A stretch of 64,000 nucleotides of DNA from Dehalococcoidia bacterium. Its GTDB lineage: Bacteria; Chloroflexota; Dehalococcoidia; UBA2979. This document shows positions 45,297 to 54,710 of this stretch, piece after piece (position 1 is the stretch's first letter; each line of letters starts with the position of its first letter). Below the pieces are notes generated by a model. The model ran no database searches and was not told the DNA's origin. It saw only the letters and a program-made list of their open reading frames with translations. Position numbers and translations under genes: made by a program. The stretch covers positions 69,131-133,130 of the forward strand of contig JAWKPM010000006.1 in the NCBI GenBank assembly GCA_041390625.1, written 5' to 3'.

Positions 45297-46685
45297 TTAG
45301 CCTCGGTAGCGCGCCGCCTGTCCGGCGACGGTGTCCTTGTTGAGGCGCTTGTTCAGGTGCAGCCCCTCGAGGACGAACTCGACGGCCGAGGCCTGCACGG
45401 CCGGCGTGCCGTCGCTCGTGACCTGTGCCACGGCCTCCTTGAGCCCCTCGACGTCCTTCAGGAGGCCCTGGTACTCCGCAGCGGCCATCACCTCGCCGGT
45501 GTCGACGGAGATGCCGTTCTTGAAGGCCTGCACGATCGGCTCCATGTCGGCAGCGTCGCAGCGGCGGTTGAAGACCGCCACGATCGCGCCCTGGAGCAGC
45601 CGCTCGAGGACCTGCTGGTCACGACCCTCCTCGACGGTGTCGAGCTCCACCTTGCCCTGGAGCGAGGGGAGCACGAAGGGGAGGTCGGAGATGCGCGGCA
45701 CCACGTCCGTCTCCTGGAGGCGGATGGCGCGCCGGAGCGCGTTCGCGAGCATCGCCTCGTAGTTCGCCACGGAAGCGCGGACGGAGACGCCGGAGCGCTG
45801 ATTCACGTCCGGCGAGCGGCGGGCGAGGCGCGTGATCTCAGCGACGATCTCGGCCATGTACTCGGGGACGATGACGTTGTAGTCGTCGAGGGAGAGGTGG
45901 GCGCCCTCGGACGCCATGATCTCCATCTCCGCCTCGATGGTCTGGGGGTAGTGAGTGCGGATCTGGGAGCCGTAGCGGTCCTTGAGCGGGGTGATGATGC
46001 GCCCGCGGTTCGTGTAGTCCTCGGGGTTGGCGGTGGCGACGATGAAGACATCGAGGTCGAGGCGGACCTTGTGGCCTCGAATCTGGATGTCGCGCTCTTC
46101 CATCACGTTGAGGAGGCCGACCTGGATGCGCTCGGCGAGGTCGGGCAGCTCGTTGATGGCGAAGATGCCGCGGTTGGTGCGCGGGATGATGCCGTAGTGG
46201 ATGGTCAGCTCGTCGGAGAGGTAGCGGCCCTCGGCGACCTTGATCGGGTCCACCTCGCCGATGAGGTCGGCGATGGTGATATCCGGGGTGGCGAGCTTCT
46301 CGCCGTAGCGCTCATCGCGGTGCATCCAGCGGATGGGGGCGTCGTCGCCCATCTCCTCGACGATCTGCTTGCCGGGGGCGCTGATCGGGTTGAAGGGGCT
46401 CTCCGGGATCTCGGCGCCGGCGAGGACGGGCGTCCACTCATCGAGGAGGGAGGTGAGGCTGCGGATGATGCGGGACTTCGCCTGGCCTCGTTCGCCGAGC
46501 AGGATGATGTCCTGGCCGGACAGAATCGCGTTCTCGATCTGCGGGATGACCGTCTCGTCGTAGCCGACGATGCCGGGGAAGAGGTTCGCACCTGAGCGCA
46601 GGCCGGCGATGAGGTTCTTCCTCATCTCCTCGCGCACCGGCAGCACGGACGTGACGCCGGATGCGCGCAGCGCGCCGAGGGTCAT
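45297..46685 (-). CDS. ChlI/BchI-like (Mg-chelatase subunit I family) AAA+ ATPase
   Basis: Walker A LLGERGQAKS. Walker B/sensor IFAINELPDL. About 460 aa. Start chosen at ATG 46685. GTG 46739 is an alternative. Confidence 0.8.
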   Translation of the reverse strand: MTLGALRASGVTSVLPVREEMRKNLIAGLRSGANLFPGIVGYDETVIPQIENAILSGQDIILLGERGQAKSRIIRSLTSLLDEWTPVLAGAEIPESPFNPISAPGKQIVEEMGDDAPIRWMHRDERYGEKLATPDITIADLIGEVDPIKVAEGRYLSDELTIHYGIIPRTNRGIFAINELPDLAERIQVGLLNVMEERDIQIRGHKVRLDLDVFIVATANPEDYTNRGRIITPLKDRYGSQIRTHYPQTIEAEMEIMASEGAHLSLDDYNVIVPEYMAEIVAEITRLARRSPDVNQRSGVSVRASVANYEAMLANALRRAIRLQETDVVPRISDLPFVLPSLQGKVELDTVEEGRDQQVLERLLQGAIVAVFNRRCDAADMEPIVQAFKNGISVDTGEVMAAAEYQGLLKDVEGLKEAVAQVTSDGTPAVQASAVEFVLEGLHLNKRLNKDTVAGQAARYRG

Positions 46686-46908
46686 TGGTCGTTCGCTCGT
46701 CAACGCGCCAGTCCTCCCCTGGGGGCAGGCGGTTCGCACCGAGTGCGCCTGCCGTGATGTTCCGAAGCCGTTCAGCGGATGTCTGCCGAACGTGGCGCCA
46801 GTATACGCCCCCCGTCAGCGCGCCTGTCCGGGGCTCGACGAGCCCCCTCGATATGCAACGAGCCCCGCGTGAGCGGGGCTCGTGACTTCGCGGCGGAGGA
46901 CGGTTCGC

Positions 46909-47259
46909 CTAGGAGGCGACGGCCTCCACGCTGAGGTGCTCAGGGGCGACGATCTCGACGAGCTCGGGGTGGCGGACCAGACGCTCGACGGCGCGGCTCA
47001 GGCGGGAGTCGCGGACGATGAGGACCTCTTCGGTCTCGAGGAGGTCGCCGACGCCGACGTCGAGGGCCTTCGCGACGCCGAGGAAGGTCGAGAGCGGGAG
47101 GTCGCGCTTGCCGGTCTCGTAGTTGGAGAGGGAGGCCTGGGTGATGCCGGCGACGCGGGCGACCTCGGCCTGCGAGAGGTCGCGGCGGAGCCGCCACTCG
47201 CGGATGCGCTGACCGACTTCCTTGCGGTGGAGACTCGTGTGGTTCGTCGTGCGGGGCAT
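46909..47259 (-). CDS. XRE-family helix-turn-helix transcriptional regulator
   Basis: HTH LSQAEVARVAGITQASLSNYETGKR. About 116 aa. Confidence 0.75.
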   Translation of the reverse strand: MPRTTNHTSLHRKEVGQRIREWRLRRDLSQAEVARVAGITQASLSNYETGKRDLPLSTFLGVAKALDVGVGDLLETEEVLIVRDSRLSRAVERLVRHPELVEIVAPEHLSVEAVAS

Positions 47260-47345
47260 GGTCTCTCTTCTCACTCGGATCGCCGCGAGGCGAAAGCAGT
47301 TTGGTCGGTGGGCGCGGGTAGCGCCCACAAATGTTCTCACATCGT

Positions 47346-47367
47346 CATTGTGCCCACAAGCACAATG
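47346..47367. promoter_or_regulatory. Perfect inverted repeat (8-6-8) in an AT-rich leader, a candidate operator
   Basis: cattgtgc-ccacaa-gcacaatg, inside an unusually AT-rich ~170-bp intergenic segment upstream of the XRE regulator gene and downstream of the 3D-domain gene. Confidence 0.3.
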
Positions 47368-47433
47368 AGACGAGCACAGAGAGGTTTTTACGTTTGTTGC
47401 CGAGGAGTGTCAGGTTCGGAGCGCTGGAGGGGG

Positions 47434-48102
47434 CTAGGGAAGGATCTCGATGATGCCGACGTGGCCGACCTCGTTGATCCATGCCCAGCCTGAGGCGGCC
47501 GAGTTGAACCAGATGTCGCGGTGGAGTCCACCGACGGCGCTCCCGGTGTCCGCGCAGCGATAGACGCGGTTCAGCGGGTCGCCCTGGATGCGGAACTGCT
47601 GGCCGAGGTAGGCGGCGTCGCACGCGGCAACGCCCGGCGCGACGTGGCTGCCGTCGGCGGTGTAACCGCAGAAGCCGCCGCCATCGCCGCCGCCGACCGA
47701 GGGGTCGAGGTGCTGGCAGTAGTAGAAGGAGAGCGTCACCTGGACGCGGTCGCCCCCGCCGAGGGGGTACGGCGTCGATGCGACCGGCGGCGCAGTCTCG
47801 ATGGGAGCGGCGGCGGGCGGCTCGACGCTCAGGAGGCGCGCGGTCTCGTGCACGGCGTCGGTGGCCTGCACGCGGGGCATGTCCATGTCCTCGGGCGGGC
47901 CGATCTGCGCCGCCAGCAGCTCGGGGGCGGGGCGCTCGACGGGCTCGATGAGCGCCGCCTTGCCGGCGGTGCCGAGGAAGCCGGAGGCGTCCGCCACCGT
48001 GGGCGCACCGACATTCATGCGGTACGCCGCCGCTCCGGTCAGCACCGCGACGGCGAGAGCTCCCGCCGCGACGACGCTGCCGATCTGGAGCCACCGCTCC
48101 AT
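47434..48102 (-). CDS. Secreted 3D-domain protein (MltA/RlpA-like double-psi beta-barrel)
   Basis: Signal/TM segment at the N-terminus. C-terminal VAACDAAYLGQQFRI...YRCADTGSAVGGLHRDIWF matches the 3D-domain conserved Asp pattern. Confidence 0.7.
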   Translation of the reverse strand: MERWLQIGSVVAAGALAVAVLTGAAAYRMNVGAPTVADASGFLGTAGKAALIEPVERPAPELLAAQIGPPEDMDMPRVQATDAVHETARLLSVEPPAAAPIETAPPVASTPYPLGGGDRVQVTLSFYYCQHLDPSVGGGDGGGFCGYTADGSHVAPGVAACDAAYLGQQFRIQGDPLNRVYRCADTGSAVGGLHRDIWFNSAASGWAWINEVGHVGIIEILP

Positions 48103-48249
48103 GGGTGAGGTTCGATGTCCACTCACGAAGGGGGAGTATGTCAGGCTGGCAGTGCCAACGCCTACCCCCTAAGGGTCACAATCATCACGAAAGCAATGAC
48201 GGTGATCCACCGGGCGAGAGGCCTCGGGAGCGGTGCGACGGGCGTGGAT

Positions 48250-49596
48250 CTAGCTGAGCAGGCCCTCTGCGCGGAGGTCGCCGATGGCCGAGCGGAACGC
48301 CTCGACGGTGCGATCCACATCCTCGGGACCGTGCGCGCTCGAGACCATGCCGCCGGCGCCCATGAGGTCGACGCCGTGGTTGTAGAGCGCCCAGCGGAGG
48401 GGGGACATCAGGTCGTCGGCGACTCCAAGGGGCTCCTCGGCGGCGTCCCACTCGATGTCGGCGGGACGCGGGGCGTCGTAGCCGAGGTTGAAGTGCCACA
48501 TCGAAGAGACGGCCCAGGCGGAGCCGGGGACCGACGCTTCCGCGAAGAGCGCGTTCAGGCCTCGGACGATGGCGGCCGCGGTCTCGTCGGCACGCTCGAC
48601 CTCGCCGCCGGCGGCGATCAGCTGGAGGCAGGTGATGCCGGCGACGGCCGAGACGGGGTTCGCGTTGAAGGTGCCCTGGTGCGAGATGCGGTGGCGCTGG
48701 TTCCAGTCCTGGTCCTCGGCGCGGATCTCGAGCATCGAGACGATGTCGTCGCGGCCGGTGACGCAGCCGCCGGGGAGGCCGCCGGCGAGGATCTTCGCGT
48801 GGGTCGAGAGGTCCGGTGTGACGCCGTAGCGCTCGGACGCGCCGCCGGGCGCCATGCGGAAGCCCGTGATCACCTCGTCGAGGATGAAGAGCGTGCCGGT
48901 CTCCTCGGTGAGACGCCGCGCCTCGCGGAGGTACTCCGGCGAGAGCGGGTGGGTGCCCCAGTGGGCGCCGGTCGGCTCGAGGATCACGGCGGCGACGTCG
49001 CGGCCCGCGAGGGCCATGCTCAGCGCCTCGACATCGCCGGCCGGCACGATCGTCAGGGCGTCGTAGAAGCCCTCGGGGACGCCGGGCGAATGCGGGTGCG
49101 GATCATCCTCGCGGAGGCGGCCGACGACGAGGTCGTGCCATCCGTGGAAGTGCTCCTCGAGCTTCACGACGCGCTCGCGGCCGGTGTAGGCGCGGGCGAG
49201 GCGCAGGGCCATCATCGTGGCCTCGGTGCCGGAGCTGGTGAAGCGGACGCGCTCGGCGCAGGGGACCATCGAGATCACCTGTTCGGCCCACTCGATCTCC
49301 CAGCGGTGCGAGGAGCCGAAGTGGGTGCCTCGGGTGTAGGCCTCCTGCACGGCCTCGACGACCTCGGGGCGCTGGTGCCCGAGGAGGAGAGCGCCGTGGC
49401 CGCCGATGTAGTCGACGTACTCGTTGCCGTCCACGTCCCACTTGCGGCTGCCGGCAGCTCGTTCGACATAAATTGGAAACGGGCGGAAGGCACGGGTGTC
49501 GTGCGTCACGCCCGAGGGGAAGGCGGCGGCGCCACGGGCGGCGAGCGCCTTCGACCCGTGGTGGAGCGCCTCGTACGTCTCGAGAATCGAAGCCAC
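48250..49596 (-). CDS. Class-III aminotransferase, glutamate-1-semialdehyde 2,1-aminomutase-like
   Basis: GTG start with GGAGG 6 nt upstream. PLP-Lys region with THAKILAGG. 448 aa. The ORF track extends it spuriously to 50670. Confidence 0.85.
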   Translation of the reverse strand: MASILETYEALHHGSKALAARGAAAFPSGVTHDTRAFRPFPIYVERAAGSRKWDVDGNEYVDYIGGHGALLLGHQRPEVVEAVQEAYTRGTHFGSSHRWEIEWAEQVISMVPCAERVRFTSSGTEATMMALRLARAYTGRERVVKLEEHFHGWHDLVVGRLREDDPHPHSPGVPEGFYDALTIVPAGDVEALSMALAGRDVAAVILEPTGAHWGTHPLSPEYLREARRLTEETGTLFILDEVITGFRMAPGGASERYGVTPDLSTHAKILAGGLPGGCVTGRDDIVSMLEIRAEDQDWNQRHRISHQGTFNANPVSAVAGITCLQLIAAGGEVERADETAAAIVRGLNALFAEASVPGSAWAVSSMWHFNLGYDAPRPADIEWDAAEEPLGVADDLMSPLRWALYNHGVDLMGAGGMVSSAHGPEDVDRTVEAFRSAIGDLRAEGLLS

Positions 49597-49737
49597 GAGC
49601 TGCCTCCATGCCGCGCGCCGGTCCCGCTGGTGCGACCAGTCTCGCGCTGAGGCCTCGGTCCGGCAATACGAGGCGGGAGGCCGCCCCTCGACGGCCCCGT
49701 AGACTGGAGGTTCCCACGGGCGAGGAAGGAGCTCCCG

Positions 49738-50028
49738 ATGCCGAAGCTGAGCGACGAGGCGATCGCCGAGGCGCTGTCTCACCTCGAGGGGTGGGCGCGG
49801 GAGGACGACTCGCTGGTGCGGGAGTTCGTGTTGCCGGACTTCGTGGCGGCGCTGGGGCTGATGGCGCAGACCGGCGTGCTGGCGGAGCGGGCGAACCATC
49901 ACCCCTCGATGGCGAACATCTACAACCGGGTTCGGATTGCGCTGTCGACGCACGACGAAGGTGGGATCACGGAGCGCGACGTGGCGCTGGCGCGCGAGAT
50001 CACCGACCGCGCCTCGAAGCTGATGTAG
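49738..50028 (+). CDS. Pterin-4a-carbinolamine dehydratase
   Basis: 96 aa. ERANHHPSMANIYNRV matches the [EDKH]-H-H-P-x5-6-Y-x-x-V PCD signature. AAGGAG RBS. Confidence 0.85.
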   Translation: MPKLSDEAIAEALSHLEGWAREDDSLVREFVLPDFVAALGLMAQTGVLAERANHHPSMANIYNRVRIALSTHDEGGITERDVALAREITDRASKLM

Positions 50029-50043
50029 CCGGACCTCGGACCG

Positions 50044-50146
50044 GAGCATGGACGGCCCTTTGGGCCGGCGAGCCCACCCGCCCACCCTTCTTGTGCGAGG
50101 GGCTTCGCCCCTCGCGCTCTCCTCGGAACGGGCGCCGGCGCGAGAG
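50044..50146. repeat. Intergenic palindromic repeat element, copy D
   Basis: ggccctttgggccggcgagcccacccgcccacccttcttgtgcgaggggcttcgcccctcgcgctc, between convergent gene ends. Confidence 0.6.
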
Positions 50147-50326
50147 CCTCGCGCTGGGGGGCTGCCGACACGCGTCGCGAGGGATTGCCCGCGCATCCTC
50201 TCGGGAGCATGTCGACGGCGAGTGCCGCAGCGGCCGGGTCCTTTGCGCCGCGACATCGTGCGGGGGACCGCCGCCCTCGGGCATGCGAGTGGCGCTCGGT
50301 GTCTGGAAGTCGAGCCCCCGGGCCTC

Positions 50327-51148
50327 CTAGTCGAGGCGGTCGGTGTTGGCTTCGACCTCGAGAATGAAGTCGAGCACGATGCGGTTCCAGTCGTCCGGGC
50401 GCTCGAAGTAGCCGGAGTGGCCGGCCTTCGGGACGAGGTGGAAGCGCGAGCCGGGGGTGAGGCGGTGTGAGCGCTCGATGAGCTCCGGCGCGACGACGCG
50501 GTCGCGCTCGCCGACGAGCCAGAGGATCGGGATGCCGCTCTCGGTGAGCCTGGTGGCGGTCGAGCCTCGATAGTTGAGACGCCTCGGGGCGGGTGCGAGG
50601 AAGTCGCGCGGGCGGGGCGGGTTGATGCCGCGGAGCTGGCGGTAGAGGTAGGCGTGCTCAGGCGACTCATCGTAGAAATCGTCGGCGAGGGCGCGGCGGA
50701 GTAGTGAGCCCTCGTAGTAGCCCTCGGCCTCGAGCTCGACCTTGCGGTTGCGTGCCTCGTCGTTGACGACGCCGCCGTTCGTGCCGGAGTAGGTCAGCGA
50801 GGCGACGCGCTGCGGGGCGCGCGAGAAGAGGCCGAAGGCGGTCCGCCCGCCCATCGAGTGGGCGACGAAGTGCACGCGCTCGAGCTCGAGGTGATCGACG
50901 AGGGCGAGCGTGTCCGTGCCGAAGGCGATGCGGCCGGGGCCGTCCTCGAGGTCGGGCGAGCGACCGAAGGCACGGTGGTCGAAGGTAATTGTCGTGAAGT
51001 GCCTCGAGAAGGCTGGGACCTGCTGCCACCAGACCATCGCGTTGCCGCCGGCGCCGTGCGCGAGGAGGACGGCCGGTGCCGTCCCCGGCGCGGGGCCGTG
51101 CACCTCGTAGTAGAGGCTGAAGCCGTCATCGAGGTCGAGGTGCGGCAC
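50327..51148 (-). CDS. Alpha/beta-fold hydrolase
   Basis: GTG start with GAGGAG 7 nt upstream. Nucleophile elbow HSMGG. HGAGG oxyanion region. Confidence 0.8.
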   Translation of the reverse strand: MPHLDLDDGFSLYYEVHGPAPGTAPAVLLAHGAGGNAMVWWQQVPAFSRHFTTITFDHRAFGRSPDLEDGPGRIAFGTDTLALVDHLELERVHFVAHSMGGRTAFGLFSRAPQRVASLTYSGTNGGVVNDEARNRKVELEAEGYYEGSLLRRALADDFYDESPEHAYLYRQLRGINPPRPRDFLAPAPRRLNYRGSTATRLTESGIPILWLVGERDRVVAPELIERSHRLTPGSRFHLVPKAGHSGYFERPDDWNRIVLDFILEVEANTDRLD

Positions 51149-51638
51149 GCTCGCGCTCCTCGTCGGTCCAGGGAACGCCGGTGGCGTTCGCGATGTAGTC
51201 GAGCACGTCCTCGATGTCGCCGTAGATGTCGTCATCGGGGTCGCAGATCTCGCGTGCACGCAGCATGGTCGCCGTCGCGGCGTCGAACAAGTCCTCGAAG
51301 GTGTGGTCGACGGGCTGGTGCCGCGCGCGGAGGCCGCCGCGCATCATCGACTGCGCCACGAACTCCTGGCACCAGCCGAGGGTGTAGAGGATGCCCACGT
51401 CCTCGGGGGCGAGCTCGGCGGCACGCTCCAGGGCGGCGAGGCCGTCGGCGAAACGACGTTTGCGAGTCACGAGGGTGTTGCCGAGGTAGGCGTGGGCCTC
51501 GGCGAGGTCGGGGGCGAGCTCGATGGCGCGCATGGCCTCGGTCAGGGCGGTGTCGACGTCGTCGGCGGCGTGGAGCTGCATCGCGCGCTGGAGGGCGGCG
51601 CGGGCCTCGACGTGTGCGGGGTCGGGTTCGGGGCTCAT
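51126..51638 (-). CDS. TPR-repeat protein
   Basis: 170 aa of helical repeats with the TPR-like pattern LAPDLAEAHAYLGNTL. Confidence 0.55.
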   Translation of the reverse strand: MSPEPDPAHVEARAALQRAMQLHAADDVDTALTEAMRAIELAPDLAEAHAYLGNTLVTRKRRFADGLAALERAAELAPEDVGILYTLGWCQEFVAQSMMRGGLRARHQPVDHTFEDLFDAATATMLRAREICDPDDDIYGDIEDVLDYIANATGVPWTDEERERAAPRPR

Positions 51639-51647
51639 GCCCTCATT

Positions 51648-52478
51648 CTACGGGTGCGTCGAGGCCTCGCCTCGGTCGGGCATGTCGAGCGCGGGGAGCA
51701 CGACCGGGCGGCCGCTGTCGGGGTCGAGCATCACCCGCACACGGGTGCCGAAGAGGCTCGACACGCCCTCGGCGGTGAGGACCTCGGTTGGAGCGCCATC
51801 GAAGACGACTGCGCCGTCGTGGAGGCCGATCACGCGGTCGGCAGCGTGGGCTGCCTGGCTGAGGTCGTGCAGCACCATCACCACCGTCAGGCCTCGGTCG
51901 CGGTTCAGGCGGGCGAGCAGGCGCAGCAGGTCGGCCTGGTGGCCGATGTCGAGGAACGTCGTGGGCTCGTCGAGGAGGAGGACGTCCGGCTCCTGCGCGA
52001 GCGCGAGGGCGACCCAGGCGCGCTGACGCTCGCCGCCGGAGAGCGTGCCGAGGGTGCGATCGGCGAGCTCATCGACCTCGGCGAGGCTCATCGCGGTCTC
52101 GACGGCGCGGCGGTCGGCCTCGCCGGCGGCCGTGAGCCAGCGGCGATGAGGGTAGCGGCCGCGCCAGGCGAGCTCGCCGACGGTGAGGTCGACGGGTGCG
52201 ATCGGCGACTGGGGGAGGTAGGCGACACGCCTCGCGACGGCCTTCGGCGCGAGCGCCTCGAGCGGTTCGCCCTCGAAGAGCACGGCGCCGGTCGTCGGGC
52301 GCAGCGAACCGGAGAGCAGGCGGAGCAGGGTGGACTTGCCGGAGCCGTTGGGACCGAGGATGGCCGTGACCTCGCCTCGGCGGACCTCGAGGGAGAGCTC
52401 GCGCACGGCGAGGTGCGCGCCGAGGCGGGCGCTCGCGCCGCGTAGCTCGAAGACGGCGGTGCCTCGAGCGGCGGTCAT
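51648..52478 (-). CDS. Iron-siderophore/cobalamin-type ABC transporter ATP-binding protein
   Basis: Walker A GPNGSGKST, signature LSGGERQR, Walker B LLLDEPT. ATGA overlap with the permease gene. Confidence 0.9.
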   Translation of the reverse strand: MTAARGTAVFELRGASARLGAHLAVRELSLEVRRGEVTAILGPNGSGKSTLLRLLSGSLRPTTGAVLFEGEPLEALAPKAVARRVAYLPQSPIAPVDLTVGELAWRGRYPHRRWLTAAGEADRRAVETAMSLAEVDELADRTLGTLSGGERQRAWVALALAQEPDVLLLDEPTTFLDIGHQADLLRLLARLNRDRGLTVVMVLHDLSQAAHAADRVIGLHDGAVVFDGAPTEVLTAEGVSSLFGTRVRVMLDPDSGRPVVLPALDMPDRGEASTHP

Positions 52479-53476
52479 GTGCGGGTTCGGATCAGGAGCA
52501 GGAGGGCGGGGGCGCCGAGGACGGCAGTGACGATGCCCACCGGGATCTCCACGGGGGCGATCACGACTCGCGCGAGGGTATCGGCGAGGACGAGCAGGAG
52601 CGCGCCGAGCAGCGCGGAGAGCGGGACCACGGCTCGATAGTCGCCGCCGACGGCGAGTCGCGCGACGTGCGGCACCATCAGGCCGATGAACGCGAGGAGG
52701 CCGGCGACCGCGACGGCCGAGCCGGTGAGCAGCGCGGCGACGACCACGAGGCCGAGACGCACGCGTTCGACGCGCATCCCGAGGCTCCTCGCGACGTCGT
52801 CGCCGAGCGCGAGGACGTTGAGGTTGTCGGCCATGACGATGGCGCCTGCACCGGCGATGAGGGTGTAAGGCCAGATGTGCTGGACCTCGTCCCAGCCGGA
52901 GCCGTAGAGGCCGCCGGCGAGGAAGGCGAGGACGGACTGCGTGAAGCGATCGGAGGTCGCGAGCACGGCCGTCGAGAGCGCGGTGAAGAGCGCCGCCACG
53001 GCGACGCCCGCGAGCGCGAAGCGGACCGGCGTGATGCCGCTGCGCCACGCGAGTGCGTAGACGACGGCGGCGGAAACGAGCGAGCCAACGAAGGCCGCCG
53101 GCGTCACGATCGCCGTCGGTGTGGCCGGGAGGACATCGATGGCGATCACGGCGAAGAGGCCCGCGCCAGCGGAGAAGCCGAGGAGGTGGGGGTCGCCGAG
53201 CGGGTTGCGGGTGATGCCCTGCAGCAGCGCGCCCGCGATCGCGAGGTTCGCGCCGACGAGGGCGGCGATCATCACGCGGGGCAGGCGGAGGTCGTGGACG
53301 ATGCGGGCGGTGACCGGGTCACCGCGCTCGATGAGGCCGCGCAGGACCTCGGATGGGGTGAGGAGGAACGCGCCGACCGAGACGGCGAGCAGCATCGCCA
53401 GCACGAGCAGCAGGGCCGCCCCGGACAACGCCGGAGCGGCCCTGATCATGCGCGGACTGGGGCGGCTGGTCGCCAC
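52475..53476 (-). CDS. FecCD-family ABC permease
   Basis: 333 aa, about 9 TM segments, FecCD/BtuC-like. Confidence 0.9.
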   Translation of the reverse strand: MATSRPSPRMIRAAPALSGAALLLVLAMLLAVSVGAFLLTPSEVLRGLIERGDPVTARIVHDLRLPRVMIAALVGANLAIAGALLQGITRNPLGDPHLLGFSAGAGLFAVIAIDVLPATPTAIVTPAAFVGSLVSAAVVYALAWRSGITPVRFALAGVAVAALFTALSTAVLATSDRFTQSVLAFLAGGLYGSGWDEVQHIWPYTLIAGAGAIVMADNLNVLALGDDVARSLGMRVERVRLGLVVVAALLTGSAVAVAGLLAFIGLMVPHVARLAVGGDYRAVVPLSALLGALLLVLADTLARVVIAPVEIPVGIVTAVLGAPALLLLIRTRT

Positions 53477-53485
53477 CTCGAGATC

Positions 53486-54520
53486 CTAGCGGGCCGCCGG
53501 GTACAGGTACTCGGCGAGCTCGCGCAGGCCGTCGGCCGCGCGGGGGCCGGGAGCCTGGAGGAAGACCTCGGCGTCGATCTCGTGCACGCGGCCGTTCTGG
53601 ACCGCGGGGAGATCGGCGTACGCGGTCTCACCGAGGATGCCCTGCGACAGGGTCGCGCCGGGAGGGCCGAGCGTGATCGCGAGGATGACGTCGGCCTCGG
53701 AGGCGAGGATGGCCTCGAGCGAGAGCTGGGTGTAGCCCGGGAACGGGCCGGCGGCGGGCTGGCTGGCGGCGACGTTCTCACCGCCCAGGACCTCGACGAG
53801 GCTGCCCGGCCAGGAGTCCGGGAGCGCGACGAAGAAGTCGTCGGGCGCGCCGTCGATGATGAGGACCTTGGGCGGGGTCTGGTCCGCGGCTGCGGCCTCG
53901 GCGTCGGCCTTCGCGGCCTCCATCTCGGCGATGGCGGCTTCTGCCTCGGTCTGCTTGCCGAGCAGCTGGCCGAGGATGCCCATCGAGGTGGCGACATCGT
54001 CGTAGACCACGGCACCGACGAAGACGACCGGCACGTCACCGAGTGCGGCGGTGATCTGGTCGAGCAGGTGGGCCTGCGCGGAGGCGTCCGCGATCACGAG
54101 GTCAGGATCGAGGGCGAGTACTGCCTCGAAGTTGGGCTGGTAGGAGGGGCCGATGTCCTCGAGCGACTCGACACCCTCGGGGTGGACGGCGGTCGTCGAG
54201 CGGCCGACGGCCTCGCCGCCGACGGCGTAGAGGATCTCGATGGCGGACGGGCTCAGCGTGACGATGCGCTCCGGTGGCGAGGCCACGGTGACCTCGCGGC
54301 CGAGGAGGTCGGTGGCGGTGCCCTCGGCGCCGGCCGCGGTGGTGGCGGAGGCCTCGGCGGTCGTGGTCTCGGTGGCGGCCTCGGTCGCCGTGGCCGTCTC
54401 GGATGCCGTGGTGGCGGTCGCCTCGGCCGTCGAGTCGCCGTCGTCGTCGCTCGAGCAGGCCGAGAGCAGGCTGACCGACACGAGCAGTGCGCCGAGCAGC
54501 AGCAGCACGGGTTTCTTCAC
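53486..54520 (-). CDS. ABC transporter substrate-binding lipoprotein, class III (BtuF/FepB-like)
   Basis: GTG start with GGAGG 7 nt upstream. Signal peptide plus lipobox LSAC-S. Thr/Ala-rich linker. Periplasmic binding fold. Confidence 0.8.
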   Translation of the reverse strand: MKKPVLLLLGALLVSVSLLSACSSDDDGDSTAEATATTASETATATEAATETTTAEASATTAAGAEGTATDLLGREVTVASPPERIVTLSPSAIEILYAVGGEAVGRSTTAVHPEGVESLEDIGPSYQPNFEAVLALDPDLVIADASAQAHLLDQITAALGDVPVVFVGAVVYDDVATSMGILGQLLGKQTEAEAAIAEMEAAKADAEAAAADQTPPKVLIIDGAPDDFFVALPDSWPGSLVEVLGGENVAASQPAAGPFPGYTQLSLEAILASEADVILAITLGPPGATLSQGILGETAYADLPAVQNGRVHEIDAEVFLQAPGPRAADGLRELAEYLYPAAR

Positions 54521-54710
54521 GCAGATTCCTCCGATGTGTCCCTCTGGTTGTTGGCCGCGCTCAGTCTCCGTACCGCCGTCGGCAACGATCAATGAGGGAC
54601 TCGGGCAGACCTCGCGAGAATCGGACAGAATCGAGGAGAAACGGCGAGGTGCGTCTCGGGAACCCTCAGGTTGCGACGGGGCCTCGTGGCGCGGGTGGCG
54701 GCAGCCTGGG

